Below, piece after piece: positions 8,586 through 17,235 of a stretch of DNA of 30,065 nucleotides (positions are counted from its first letter, which is position 1; each line of letters begins with the position of its first letter). Origin of the DNA: Verrucomicrobiales bacterium (lineage in GTDB: Bacteria; Verrucomicrobiota; Verrucomicrobiia; Verrucomicrobiales; SKLO01); NCBI GenBank assembly GCA_007123195.1, contig SKLO01000508.1, forward strand, positions 1-30,065, written 5' to 3'. Position numbers and translations under genes: made by a program. The notes below the pieces were generated by a model. The model was not told where the DNA came from. It did no database searches and saw only the letters and a program-made list of their open reading frames with translations.

Positions 8586-10106
8586 ATGACCGCCCACCTC
8601 CAATCCAATCTCCCGGCGCTGCCGATCAGCGATGCCAATGCCGACTTCATCGGTCGCGCCCGCCACCACCTCATCGGCGGTCAGTGGGTGCCCTCGGCCA
8701 GTGGCGCCACCTTTGCCACCTTCGATCCCGCCACCGGCGACGTGCTGACCCACTGCGCCCAGGGCGAGGCCGAAGACATCGACCGCGCGGTCAAGGCCGC
8801 CCGCAAGGCGTTCGAATCCGGCCCGTGGAAAGCCCTGACAGCGTCCGAGCGGGGCCGCATCATCTGGAAGATCGGCGACCTGATGCTCGAACACGCCGAC
8901 GAATTGGCCGAATTGGAGGCACTGGACAACGGCAAGCCCAGGGCCGTCGCCCGCGCCGTCGACATCCCGTTGTCGGCCGACGCCTTCCACTACATGGCCG
9001 GCTGGGCCACCAAGATCACCGGCCAAACCATGCCCGTGTCCGTGCCCTATGCGCCGGGTGCCAGGTTTCACGCCTATTCCCTCAAGGAACCGGTCGGGGT
9101 GGTGGGGCAAATTATCCCGTGGAACTTCCCCCTGCTGATGGCGGCGTGGAAACTGGGCCCCGCCCTCGCCGCCGGCTGCACCCTGGTGCTGAAGCCGGCC
9201 GAGCAAACCCCGCTGACCGCGTTGCGCCTCGGCGAACTCATGATCGAGGCTGGCGTGCCCGACGGGGTGGTCAACATCGTTACCGGTGACGGCGAAAGCG
9301 CAGGCGCGCCCCTGGCCGCCCACCCCGATGTCGACAAGGTCGCCTTCACCGGCTCCAACGAAGTGGGCAAGCTGATTCTTCGGGCCGCGGCCGGCAATTT
9401 GAAGAAAGTCAGTCTAGAACTGGGAGGCAAGTCTCCCAACGTCATCTTCAAGGACGCGCCCGACCTGCCGGCCGCCATCGCCGGGGCTGCCAACGCCGTG
9501 TTTTTCAATCACGGCCAGTGCTGCGTCGCCGGCACCCGGTTGTTCGTCGAGCAGGATGTCTTCGACCAGGTTGTCGAGGGGGTGGTGGAGACGGCGGCCG
9601 GCATCAAGCTGGGTCCCGGCCTCGACGACGCCACCGAGATGGGGCCGCTGGTGTCCCAGGAACAACTTGAGCGCGTCACCGGCTACCTCGCCTCCGGGCG
9701 CGAGGACGGCGCCGACCTCCTCGTCGGCGGCGGGAGGCAGGGCGACCGTGGTTACTTCGTGCAGCCGACCGTCATCACCGGCACCCGTCCAGAGATGAAA
9801 GTCGTGCGCGAGGAGATTTTCGGCCCGGTGCTGGTGGCGGAACCGTTCACCGACGAGGCCGACCTGGTGCGCCGCGCCAACGACACCACCTACGGCCTTG
9901 CCGCCGCGGTCTGGACCAATGACGTCAGCCGTGCCCACCGCGTGGCCGCCGCCTACCGCGCCGGCACCGTATGGGTCAACTGCTACAATGTCTTCGATGC
10001 CGCCCTGCCGTTCGGCGGTTACAAGCAATCGGGCTGGGGCCGCGAGATGAGTGGTGAAGCGCTCGACCTGTATACCGAAACAAAAGCGGTGGTTGTGGGG
10101 TTGTGA
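8586..10106 (+). CDS. NAD(P)-dependent aldehyde dehydrogenase
   Basis: IIPWNFP, LKPAEQTP, FTGS, catalytic Glu in LELGGKSP, catalytic Cys in GQCCVAG, EEIFGPV and PFGGYKQSG. Confidence 0.95.
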   Translation: MTAHLQSNLPALPISDANADFIGRARHHLIGGQWVPSASGATFATFDPATGDVLTHCAQGEAEDIDRAVKAARKAFESGPWKALTASERGRIIWKIGDLMLEHADELAELEALDNGKPRAVARAVDIPLSADAFHYMAGWATKITGQTMPVSVPYAPGARFHAYSLKEPVGVVGQIIPWNFPLLMAAWKLGPALAAGCTLVLKPAEQTPLTALRLGELMIEAGVPDGVVNIVTGDGESAGAPLAAHPDVDKVAFTGSNEVGKLILRAAAGNLKKVSLELGGKSPNVIFKDAPDLPAAIAGAANAVFFNHGQCCVAGTRLFVEQDVFDQVVEGVVETAAGIKLGPGLDDATEMGPLVSQEQLERVTGYLASGREDGADLLVGGGRQGDRGYFVQPTVITGTRPEMKVVREEIFGPVLVAEPFTDEADLVRRANDTTYGLAAAVWTNDVSRAHRVAAAYRAGTVWVNCYNVFDAALPFGGYKQSGWGREMSGEALDLYTETKAVVVGL

Positions 10107-13100
10107 ACTGCTTCCAATGCCAGGCCGACAACCCCGTCGGAGCCAGGTTCTGCAGCCAATGCGGAAGTGAACTCAGGCGGCGTTGCGGCAACTGCCAGAC
10201 CGAGACCGGTCCGGGAGCGAAATTTTGCCACGAATGCGGCACGCTGTTGGACCGTCGCGCGCCAGAGAAGTCGCCGGGATCAGTCGCCGAAGTCCTCCCG
10301 TCCACCGCCGACGCCGACGCCATCCAGGCAGGAGCAGCCTCCGGCCCGGCCGCGTCCGAGGCCGCCATGCCGGAGCTTCGTCAGCTGACGGTGGTTTTCA
10401 GCGATGTGGTGTCCTTCACCCAGCTGTCGCAACGCATGGATCCCGAGGACTTCAATGCGGTCATGCACGACTACTACAACGTCTGCAAGGCGGTGTGCAA
10501 AAGCTACGAGGGCAGCGTGGCCAACTACCTCGGTGACGGCGTGCTCATGTTCTTCGGTTATCCCACTGCCCATGAGGACGACGCCGTGCGCGCGGTGCGC
10601 ACCGGTTTGGCCATCGTCGAGGGCGTGTCGGCGCTCAACCGGCGCGACTACCACACCGGTGGCATCAAGCTGCAGGTGCGCGTCGGCGTGCACACCGGCC
10701 CGATGATTGTCGGCGACGACCGCGGCGGCAACTGGCAGCAGATGGCCCTCGGTGAGACCCTCAACATCGCCGCCCGCGTGCAGGCGGTGGCGCAGTCGGA
10801 CACCGTGGTCACCAGCTCCGCGACCTACAAGCTCATCGAGGGTTTTTTCGCCTGCCGCAACCTCGGCATCCACTCCCTCAAGGGAGTTGAGCAGCCGATC
10901 GAAGTCTTCGGGGTGTCTCACGAAACCACCGCGCGCAGCCGGCTTGAGGCAGTCGGGCCCGGCGGGCTCACCCCGCTCACCGGTCGTGACGGCGAGGTCC
11001 GCCGCCTGCTTGAGTGTTGGCAACAGAACTACCAGGGGCGGGGCTGCGTCGTGCTTCTCAGTGGCGAGGCCGGCATCGGAAAGTCCAGGCTGGTCCAGCA
11101 CCTGAAGGAACATGTCGCCAACGTGCCCGGCGCCTGGCTGACGCCCTGCCAATGCTCATCTCATCACAAGAATACCGCGTTTCACCACTACGCCGACCTG
11201 CTTGAACGGGTTGTCCTGACGTTTGATCGCGGGGAAAGCTCCGCCGACCGGTTGGAGAAGCTTGAGGGTGTGTTGCACCAGTATGGCAGCGAGATCAATG
11301 TCACCCTTCCATCCCTCGCCGCCTTGCTGTCGATCCCGCCCGAGGCCGGCTACGTCCCGGTCGAGGACCCGCTCCGGCAGAAGCGCGCGATCATTGACAG
11401 CTACAAGCACATCCTCACGGTGCGATCAAGCAGGCAGCCGTTGCTGCTGGTGGTCGAGGACATCCACTGGGCCGACCCGTCGTCGCTCGAACTGCTGGAC
11501 GAGGTGGTGGCCATGGTCGCCGGGCACCGCGTCATGGCCCTGTTCACCTGCCGCCCCGAGTTTGAGTCGCGCTGGTCCGACCTGCCACATGTCAGGCACA
11601 TCGAGGTGAACCGGCTGGACCCGCAGCAGGTGCGGGTGATCTGCCGGCAGGTCGCGCGCGGCGCGCCGATCCCCGACAAACTGGTCGACCAGATCGTCAG
11701 CCGCACCGACGGGGTGCCGTTGTTCGTCGAGGAACTGACCAAGATGGTGATCGAGTCCGGCATGGCAAGCGCGCCGGTCGGCGGCCATCCCCCGGGCGGG
11801 ACACCTGCCGCGTTGTCGATCCCGACCACGCTGCAGGACTCGCTCATGGCCCGCCTCGACTGCCTGCACAAGGCCAAGGAGATCGCCCAGGTCGGTGCGG
11901 TGATCGGCCGCCGGTTCACCTTCGACCTCATGCGCAAGGTTTACCCGCTGGAGCAAAGCCTGCTGCGGCGCAGCCTCGACCAGTTGGTGGATTCCGAGCT
12001 GTTGTTTCAGTCCGGCGATGGACCGGACACAGCCTACGCCTTCAAGCACGCGCTGGTCCAGGAAGCCGCCTACCAGTCGCTGGTGAAGTCGCGCCGCCGC
12101 CATCATCATCGCGTCATCGCCCGGGCGCTTGAAGAGCACTTCCCCCACAATGCCGCGGCCGACATGGAGGTGCTGGCGCATCACTACACCGAGGCAGCGT
12201 TGCCATGGCAGGCGGTGCCCTACCTGCTGAAGGCGGGCGCCGCCGCCGCCAACCGCTCGGCCCACGCCGAGGCGATTTCGTTTCTCAGCCGTGCCATCGG
12301 CCTGCTGTCCAGGCTGCCGGACGATAACCGGCGCCGGGAGCACGAGATCGAGGCCCTGATCGCGCTCGGTGCCGCGCTGGCGGCTGCCAAGGGCTACGGC
12401 GACCACGATGTTGAGCGCACCTACACCCGCGCCCGCGACCTGAGCGAGCAGGGCGGCACTCCGGGTCAGTTGTTCCAGTCGCGCTATGGCTTGTGGCGGC
12501 TGCACATGCTGCGGGCCAACTACGACACCGCCACCCGTCAGGGCGAGGAGCTGCTGGAGCTGGCCACGCGCCAGGAGAACCGGTCGTTCCTCATCGCTGC
12601 CCATCGCGCGCTTGGCGCCACCCTGTTCTACCGGGGCCGCTTCCATCAGTCCCACAAACACGTCAACAGCGTCATCGCGGTCACCACCACCGGCCACGAC
12701 CAGGACGGCGACACGCTGGTGCGGGACATCTACGATGTGGTCGATCCCCGTGTCACCTGCCGCTCCTACCTTTCGTGGCTTCACTGGATGCTTGGAAGGA
12801 TCGGCCTGGCGCGGGAGGAAAGCCGCCGCGCCATCACCCTGGCCGAACAGCTGCAGCACCCTTTTTCCATCGCCCTGGCGCTGAGCTTCGCCAGCTGGTT
12901 GGAACAGTTCTGCGGCGACACCGGGGCGGTCGGTGAGCTCGCCAGCAGGGCCGAGGCCCACTGCCGGCGGCACGGGTTCCCGTTCTGGATCGGCTGGAAC
13001 CAGGTCATGCTCGGATGGGTCGCCGGTCACGACCCGGAACGCAGCGATGAGGCGGTGTCGATGATCCGCGCGGGACTGGACCATTGGCGCGAGAACGGCT

Positions 13101-13537
13101 CCCATCTCGGCCGCGGCTACTTTCTTTGCTTGCTGGCGGATACCCATATGCGCCGCGGTGAATGGGACCTCGGTCATCACGCGCTGGAGCAAGCCGAAGC
13201 CTTCTCCGGTGAAACCGATGAATGCTACTGGGAAGCCGAGCGACTGCGGCTGCAGGGCGAGCTGTTGCTGGGGCAGGGGGGGGCTCCTGAGGCCGTCGAG
13301 AGATTGTTCCGGCAGGCCATTGCCCGCTCGCGCGAACAGTCCGCCCGGCTGCTTGAACTGCGCGCCATCACCAGCCTGGCGCGGCTCGCCGGCAACGCCC
13401 GGTCCGGCTCCGGACAGGGGGCGGGTCCGACCGTCAGCGTCCGCGACGAGCTGGCCGCGGTGCTAGGGGGCTTTGAACACGAGCCGGAAACCGCCGACAT
13501 CCTGGACGCGCGCGAACTGCTCGCCGGGTGTGGTTGA
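10103..13537 (+). CDS. Double zinc ribbon / class III nucleotide cyclase / AAA ATPase / TPR-like multidomain protein
   Basis: Four CxxC pairs at the N-terminus, cyclase motifs FSDVVSFT, LGDG and NIAAR, Walker A GEAGIGKS, Walker B VVEDIHWAD and a long helical repeat C-terminus. GTG start overlaps the ALDH stop. Confidence 0.92.
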   Translation: MNCFQCQADNPVGARFCSQCGSELRRRCGNCQTETGPGAKFCHECGTLLDRRAPEKSPGSVAEVLPSTADADAIQAGAASGPAASEAAMPELRQLTVVFSDVVSFTQLSQRMDPEDFNAVMHDYYNVCKAVCKSYEGSVANYLGDGVLMFFGYPTAHEDDAVRAVRTGLAIVEGVSALNRRDYHTGGIKLQVRVGVHTGPMIVGDDRGGNWQQMALGETLNIAARVQAVAQSDTVVTSSATYKLIEGFFACRNLGIHSLKGVEQPIEVFGVSHETTARSRLEAVGPGGLTPLTGRDGEVRRLLECWQQNYQGRGCVVLLSGEAGIGKSRLVQHLKEHVANVPGAWLTPCQCSSHHKNTAFHHYADLLERVVLTFDRGESSADRLEKLEGVLHQYGSEINVTLPSLAALLSIPPEAGYVPVEDPLRQKRAIIDSYKHILTVRSSRQPLLLVVEDIHWADPSSLELLDEVVAMVAGHRVMALFTCRPEFESRWSDLPHVRHIEVNRLDPQQVRVICRQVARGAPIPDKLVDQIVSRTDGVPLFVEELTKMVIESGMASAPVGGHPPGGTPAALSIPTTLQDSLMARLDCLHKAKEIAQVGAVIGRRFTFDLMRKVYPLEQSLLRRSLDQLVDSELLFQSGDGPDTAYAFKHALVQEAAYQSLVKSRRRHHHRVIARALEEHFPHNAAADMEVLAHHYTEAALPWQAVPYLLKAGAAAANRSAHAEAISFLSRAIGLLSRLPDDNRRREHEIEALIALGAALAAAKGYGDHDVERTYTRARDLSEQGGTPGQLFQSRYGLWRLHMLRANYDTATRQGEELLELATRQENRSFLIAAHRALGATLFYRGRFHQSHKHVNSVIAVTTTGHDQDGDTLVRDIYDVVDPRVTCRSYLSWLHWMLGRIGLAREESRRAITLAEQLQHPFSIALALSFASWLEQFCGDTGAVGELASRAEAHCRRHGFPFWIGWNQVMLGWVAGHDPERSDEAVSMIRAGLDHWRENGSHLGRGYFLCLLADTHMRRGEWDLGHHALEQAEAFSGETDECYWEAERLRLQGELLLGQGGAPEAVERLFRQAIARSREQSARLLELRAITSLARLAGNARSGSGQGAGPTVSVRDELAAVLGGFEHEPETADILDARELLAGCG

Positions 13538-13810
13538 GTTCGGGTCATACAGACCGAGAATTTCCCGAAACACGCTTGACATCCGCGCACAAAACGATTC
13601 TCTGTTAGGAAAATCCGGCGCCTCGCTTCGGCGACGATGGGCAGGCCTGCTTGTCCCGATGCCCGCACACGCGGTTGAGCACGCTTCTCATCACGCCGTC
13701 GGCCGCCCGCGGCGTCTTGTCTGACAAATACACCTTCCAAGCGCCTGAGACGTGGCAGCCGATCACCCTGCAACAGGATCCCCGACAGACCTACAACCCC
13801 AGACCAAGTC

Positions 13811-14734
13811 ATGGCCCGATCCCTACAAGATGCACCGCACGGACAAACTCCCTGGCAGGGGTTGAAACCGAAACCGCCGGCCCAGTTCTCGCAGTGGCCG
13901 TTCTATTACGCCTCGCTGCAGTGCAACTGGGTCTACTGGTATGTCGATCCCGAGACCGCGCGGCCCTACGTCGAGCAGGCCAACGGCAACCCGACCGGTC
14001 TCAGGGTCGCCCTGTTTCCCGTTGAGGAACACGGAATCACTGTCGACAAGGCGGTCGTGCTGTTGAACTTCCAGCGCTACACCGCCCACTACACCAATGC
14101 CCTCGGCACCACCAACGAGGTTGAGTTCAACGTCATCGCCTATCCCGCCAACCGATCCCCGGGGGTTCCCTACATGCCGCTCAAGGACTTCCTTGACGGC
14201 AAGGACCAGACCAAGACCCTCGGCCACCTCCGCCTGCACGTCGCCGCCGACAACGAGGTCGCGGTCGAGGCCGGGCGTGCGGTGTTCGGTGAACCAAAAT
14301 TTTTCGGTCAGTTCGTCTACGATGTGCCAACGCTCAACGGGCCGCCCAACTGCGACTGGAAGGTGCGGCTGGTCAACCCGGAAAACGGCAACGAATTCGT
14401 CTACGACATGCACGCCGCGCTTGCCGGACTGGAGTTCTGGCCCACCAACTGCACCCCGATCCCCGAATTCGCCACCGGACTGGGACGCACGGTGTGGACC
14501 CGCTGGACCATCGCCGGCCAATTCCAGACCGCCATGCTTGACCGCGATCAGGACCGGCAGCGTGTCAGCCTGCGCATTGGCGACAACGACTTCGTCATGT
14601 CCAGGGACCTGCGCGCCCTGATCGGCGATCACAACCCCGCCGTCGCCGCCCAGACTTTTGTCTCCCTGCCGGCCTGCATCGAGCCGGAGGGGTTCTACGT
14701 GGACGGCATTGACCGGGAGGATGCTTATGGCTGA
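13811..14734 (+). CDS. Acetoacetate decarboxylase (ADC)-fold family protein
   Basis: DNEVAVEAGRAVFGEPK resembles the ADC-superfamily GRExWGxPK Schiff-base lysine motif (Lys codon 14297-14299). An NEVEF segment precedes it. Confidence 0.65.
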   Translation: MARSLQDAPHGQTPWQGLKPKPPAQFSQWPFYYASLQCNWVYWYVDPETARPYVEQANGNPTGLRVALFPVEEHGITVDKAVVLLNFQRYTAHYTNALGTTNEVEFNVIAYPANRSPGVPYMPLKDFLDGKDQTKTLGHLRLHVAADNEVAVEAGRAVFGEPKFFGQFVYDVPTLNGPPNCDWKVRLVNPENGNEFVYDMHAALAGLEFWPTNCTPIPEFATGLGRTVWTRWTIAGQFQTAMLDRDQDRQRVSLRIGDNDFVMSRDLRALIGDHNPAVAAQTFVSLPACIEPEGFYVDGIDREDAYG

Positions 14735-15200
14735 AGCCTGCCCCGACGACTTGCTCGCGCTCAGTGTGGCGCTCACCGGTTACGACCGCGCCTCCTTGTG
14801 GGCGACCGGTTGCGTGCCGCTCTACCTTGCCCAGCTTGCCGACGTGGCCGGCCCGGACCTGCTGGCGCGGCTTGAAACAGCCGGACGCGAGCACGCGGCC
14901 GCGGTCGGGGCCGACCCCGACGCGGCCGACCGGCAGTTGCGTCAGCGCGTGCTGGTGGATCCCGACCTCGGGCCGCTGGCCCGCTCGTTGATCCAGCTCT
15001 GGTATCTCGGCCAGTGGACCCCGATGCCGCCGGAATGGGTCCAGCGCAACGGTAGCAAACTCCGCGACACCGCCCGCATCCTCTCAAGCCGCGCTTACCG
15101 CGAGGGGTTGGTCTGGGACACCATCGGCGCCCACCCGATGGGCGCCAAGGCGCCGGGCTTCGGGTCCTGGGCGCTGCCACCTGCCGGAGAAACCCCATGA
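14727..15200 (+). CDS. Small (gamma-type) subunit of a FAD-dependent sugar/sorbitol dehydrogenase family
   Basis: LARSLIQLWYLGQW and AYREGLVWDTIGAHPMGAKAPGFGSWALPP match the FAD-SLDH small-subunit pattern. GGGAGG RBS lies 6 nt before ATG 14727. Confidence 0.7.
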   Translation: MAEACPDDLLALSVALTGYDRASLWATGCVPLYLAQLADVAGPDLLARLETAGREHAAAVGADPDAADRQLRQRVLVDPDLGPLARSLIQLWYLGQWTPMPPEWVQRNGSKLRDTARILSSRAYREGLVWDTIGAHPMGAKAPGFGSWALPPAGETP

Positions 15201-15201
15201 G

Positions 15202-15229
15202 TTGGAAATTGGAGATTGGAAATTGGAGA
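15202..15229 (+). repeat. Intergenic heptamer tandem repeat TTGGA(A/G)A x4
   Basis: TTGGAAA TTGGAGA TTGGAAA TTGGAGA begins 1 nt after the small-subunit stop. Confidence 0.85.
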
Positions 15230-15354
15230 TGTGGTTCTGATGATGAACCACGTTGGGGTCCTGCGCGTCCCACCCATCGAGTGCCCGCCGATGCGTTCCA
15301 CATGCCGTTGCAACGCAGGCGCTCATATCAATTCGGATGCCCAGTTCCCCTGCC

Positions 15355-17196
15355 ATGAACGATGCCCACCCCACGCACTACGACGCCGTCGTTGTCGGCG
15401 CCGGAATCTCCGGCGCCCTGGTCGCCAAGCAGCTCGCCGCCCGTGGCCATCACGTGCTGATCCTTGAAGCCGGTGCCGACCGTGGCGAGGACGCCGCGAC
15501 TTATCGCAGTTATCACACCAACTTCCAGCTGACCGAGCTGAAGACCCCCAACTCACCTTACCCGCCCAATCCCAGCGCCCCCTCGCCATCCGTGCTCGAC
15601 ATCACCTCCATCGCGGCCGGTAAACCGGACAGCAACGGCTACTTCGTCCAGCGCGGGCCGAATCCGTTCGGCTCCAATTACACCCGCGTGGTCGGCGGCA
15701 CCACCATGCACTGGCTCGGCACCTGCCTGCGCATGCAGCCGGTCGACTTCCGCATCCACAGCGAATTCGGCCGCGGTGTCGACTGGCCGCTCGGCTACGA
15801 CGACCTTGCGCCCTACTACGAGCGGGCGGAATGGGAGATCGGTGTCGCCGGCGACAAGGCGGAGAACGAGTTCCACGGCATCCACTTCGCGCCGGACTAC
15901 GACTACCCGATGGAACCGATCCCCAAGTCGTTCTCCGATCGTTGGTTCGAACAAGGAGTGGCCGGCATGAAGGTGCGCCTGAACAACGGCGAGGACAAAG
16001 TGCTGGCCGTGTCCGCCACCCCGCAGGGCCGGAACTCGACCCCGCGACCGGGACGCCACAAGGTCGGCGGTGAAACCGCCGGACCCTACGGCAGCGCCGG
16101 CAACACCGGCCCGTTCTACGCGTTCCAGGGCCAGCGTTGCGAGGGCAATTCGTCCTGCATCCCGTTGTGCCCGGTGCAGGCCAAATACAGCGCGCTCAAG
16201 ACCCTGCAGCAGGCCCGCCAGCAAAAAGGCCGGGTCGAACTGCGCACCCAGTCGGTGGTGTCCAAGGTGGACACCGATCCCGCCAGCGGGCGCGTCACCG
16301 GCATCACCTACAAGCGCTACGAGTTTTCGGGCGCGCCGGTATGGGAGATGAAGCACGTCACCGCCAAGGTCTACGTGCTCGCGACCAACGCGATCGAAAA
16401 CGCCAAGCTCGCGCTGGCCTCGGATCTTTGCCCTTCGTCAGGACAGTTGGGACGCAACCTGATGGACCATCCTTATGTGCTGACCTGGGGACTGGCACCG
16501 CGACCGGTGGGCGCGTTCCGCGGTCCCGGATCCACGGCCTCGATTCCCTCCCTGCGCGACGGCCGCTTCCGCACCGACACCGCAGCCACCCGGCTTGAAC
16601 TGGCCAACTGGGGCTGGAACTTCGCTGCCAACTCACCTTACTCCGATGTCCAACGGTTGGTCGGCCGCGACAACCTGTTCGGCGCCGCGCTGCGGGCCCG
16701 GCTGCGCGACGAAGTGCCGCGCCAGGTCCGCATCGGCATCATGCCCGAGCAATTGCCGTCCTCGGTCAACCGGGTCAGCATCGATCCCGCCTGGCGTGAC
16801 TCGCTGGGCGAACCGCGGCCGGTGATCGACTACAGTGTCGACGACTACTCGCGCGCCGGGGTGCTGCAGGCGCTCGACGTCACCCGGGCCGTGTTCGCCC
16901 GTCTCGGCATCGAGGACAGGTCGGTGGTCGACCCCTCGGCACCCGGTTACGTCACACTCGCAGGCCGCGGTTTTGTCTACTTTGGCGCCGGCCACAACGC
17001 CGGCACCCACCGCATCGGCCTGTCGCCGCGCGACAGCGTGACCAACGTCGACGGTCGCTCGTGGGATCACGACAACCTTTGGCTGGTTGGCTGCGGCGCC
17101 ATGCCCACCATCGCCACATCCAACCCCACCCTGACCATGACCGCACTCGTGCTCAAGGCGGCCGATTCCCTCCAGCGCGAGTTGGAAGGGGCCTGA
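15355..17196 (+). CDS. GMC family FAD oxidoreductase, large subunit with Cys cluster
   Basis: VVVGAGISG FAD motif, VVGGTTMHW, CEGNSSCIPLCP, GRNLMDHP, GHNAGTHRIG and TSNPTLT. ATG 15337 is an alternative start. Confidence 0.9.
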   Translation: MNDAHPTHYDAVVVGAGISGALVAKQLAARGHHVLILEAGADRGEDAATYRSYHTNFQLTELKTPNSPYPPNPSAPSPSVLDITSIAAGKPDSNGYFVQRGPNPFGSNYTRVVGGTTMHWLGTCLRMQPVDFRIHSEFGRGVDWPLGYDDLAPYYERAEWEIGVAGDKAENEFHGIHFAPDYDYPMEPIPKSFSDRWFEQGVAGMKVRLNNGEDKVLAVSATPQGRNSTPRPGRHKVGGETAGPYGSAGNTGPFYAFQGQRCEGNSSCIPLCPVQAKYSALKTLQQARQQKGRVELRTQSVVSKVDTDPASGRVTGITYKRYEFSGAPVWEMKHVTAKVYVLATNAIENAKLALASDLCPSSGQLGRNLMDHPYVLTWGLAPRPVGAFRGPGSTASIPSLRDGRFRTDTAATRLELANWGWNFAANSPYSDVQRLVGRDNLFGAALRARLRDEVPRQVRIGIMPEQLPSSVNRVSIDPAWRDSLGEPRPVIDYSVDDYSRAGVLQALDVTRAVFARLGIEDRSVVDPSAPGYVTLAGRGFVYFGAGHNAGTHRIGLSPRDSVTNVDGRSWDHDNLWLVGCGAMPTIATSNPTLTMTALVLKAADSLQRELEGA

Positions 17197-17235
17197 AACC
17201 CTCACCTTGCCGCCCCTGGCCTGACATGACATCCC

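Noticed and set aside
13578-13610. TTGACA upstream of the ADC-fold gene as a full promoter
   Set aside because: The -35 is perfect but no convincing -10 lies at 16-18 nt, so it was not listed as a feature.
15253-15354. N-terminal extension of the GMC ORF in the ORF track
   Set aside because: It is low-complexity and overlaps the hairpin-rich spacer. The FAD motif position fits a start at 15355 or 15337.
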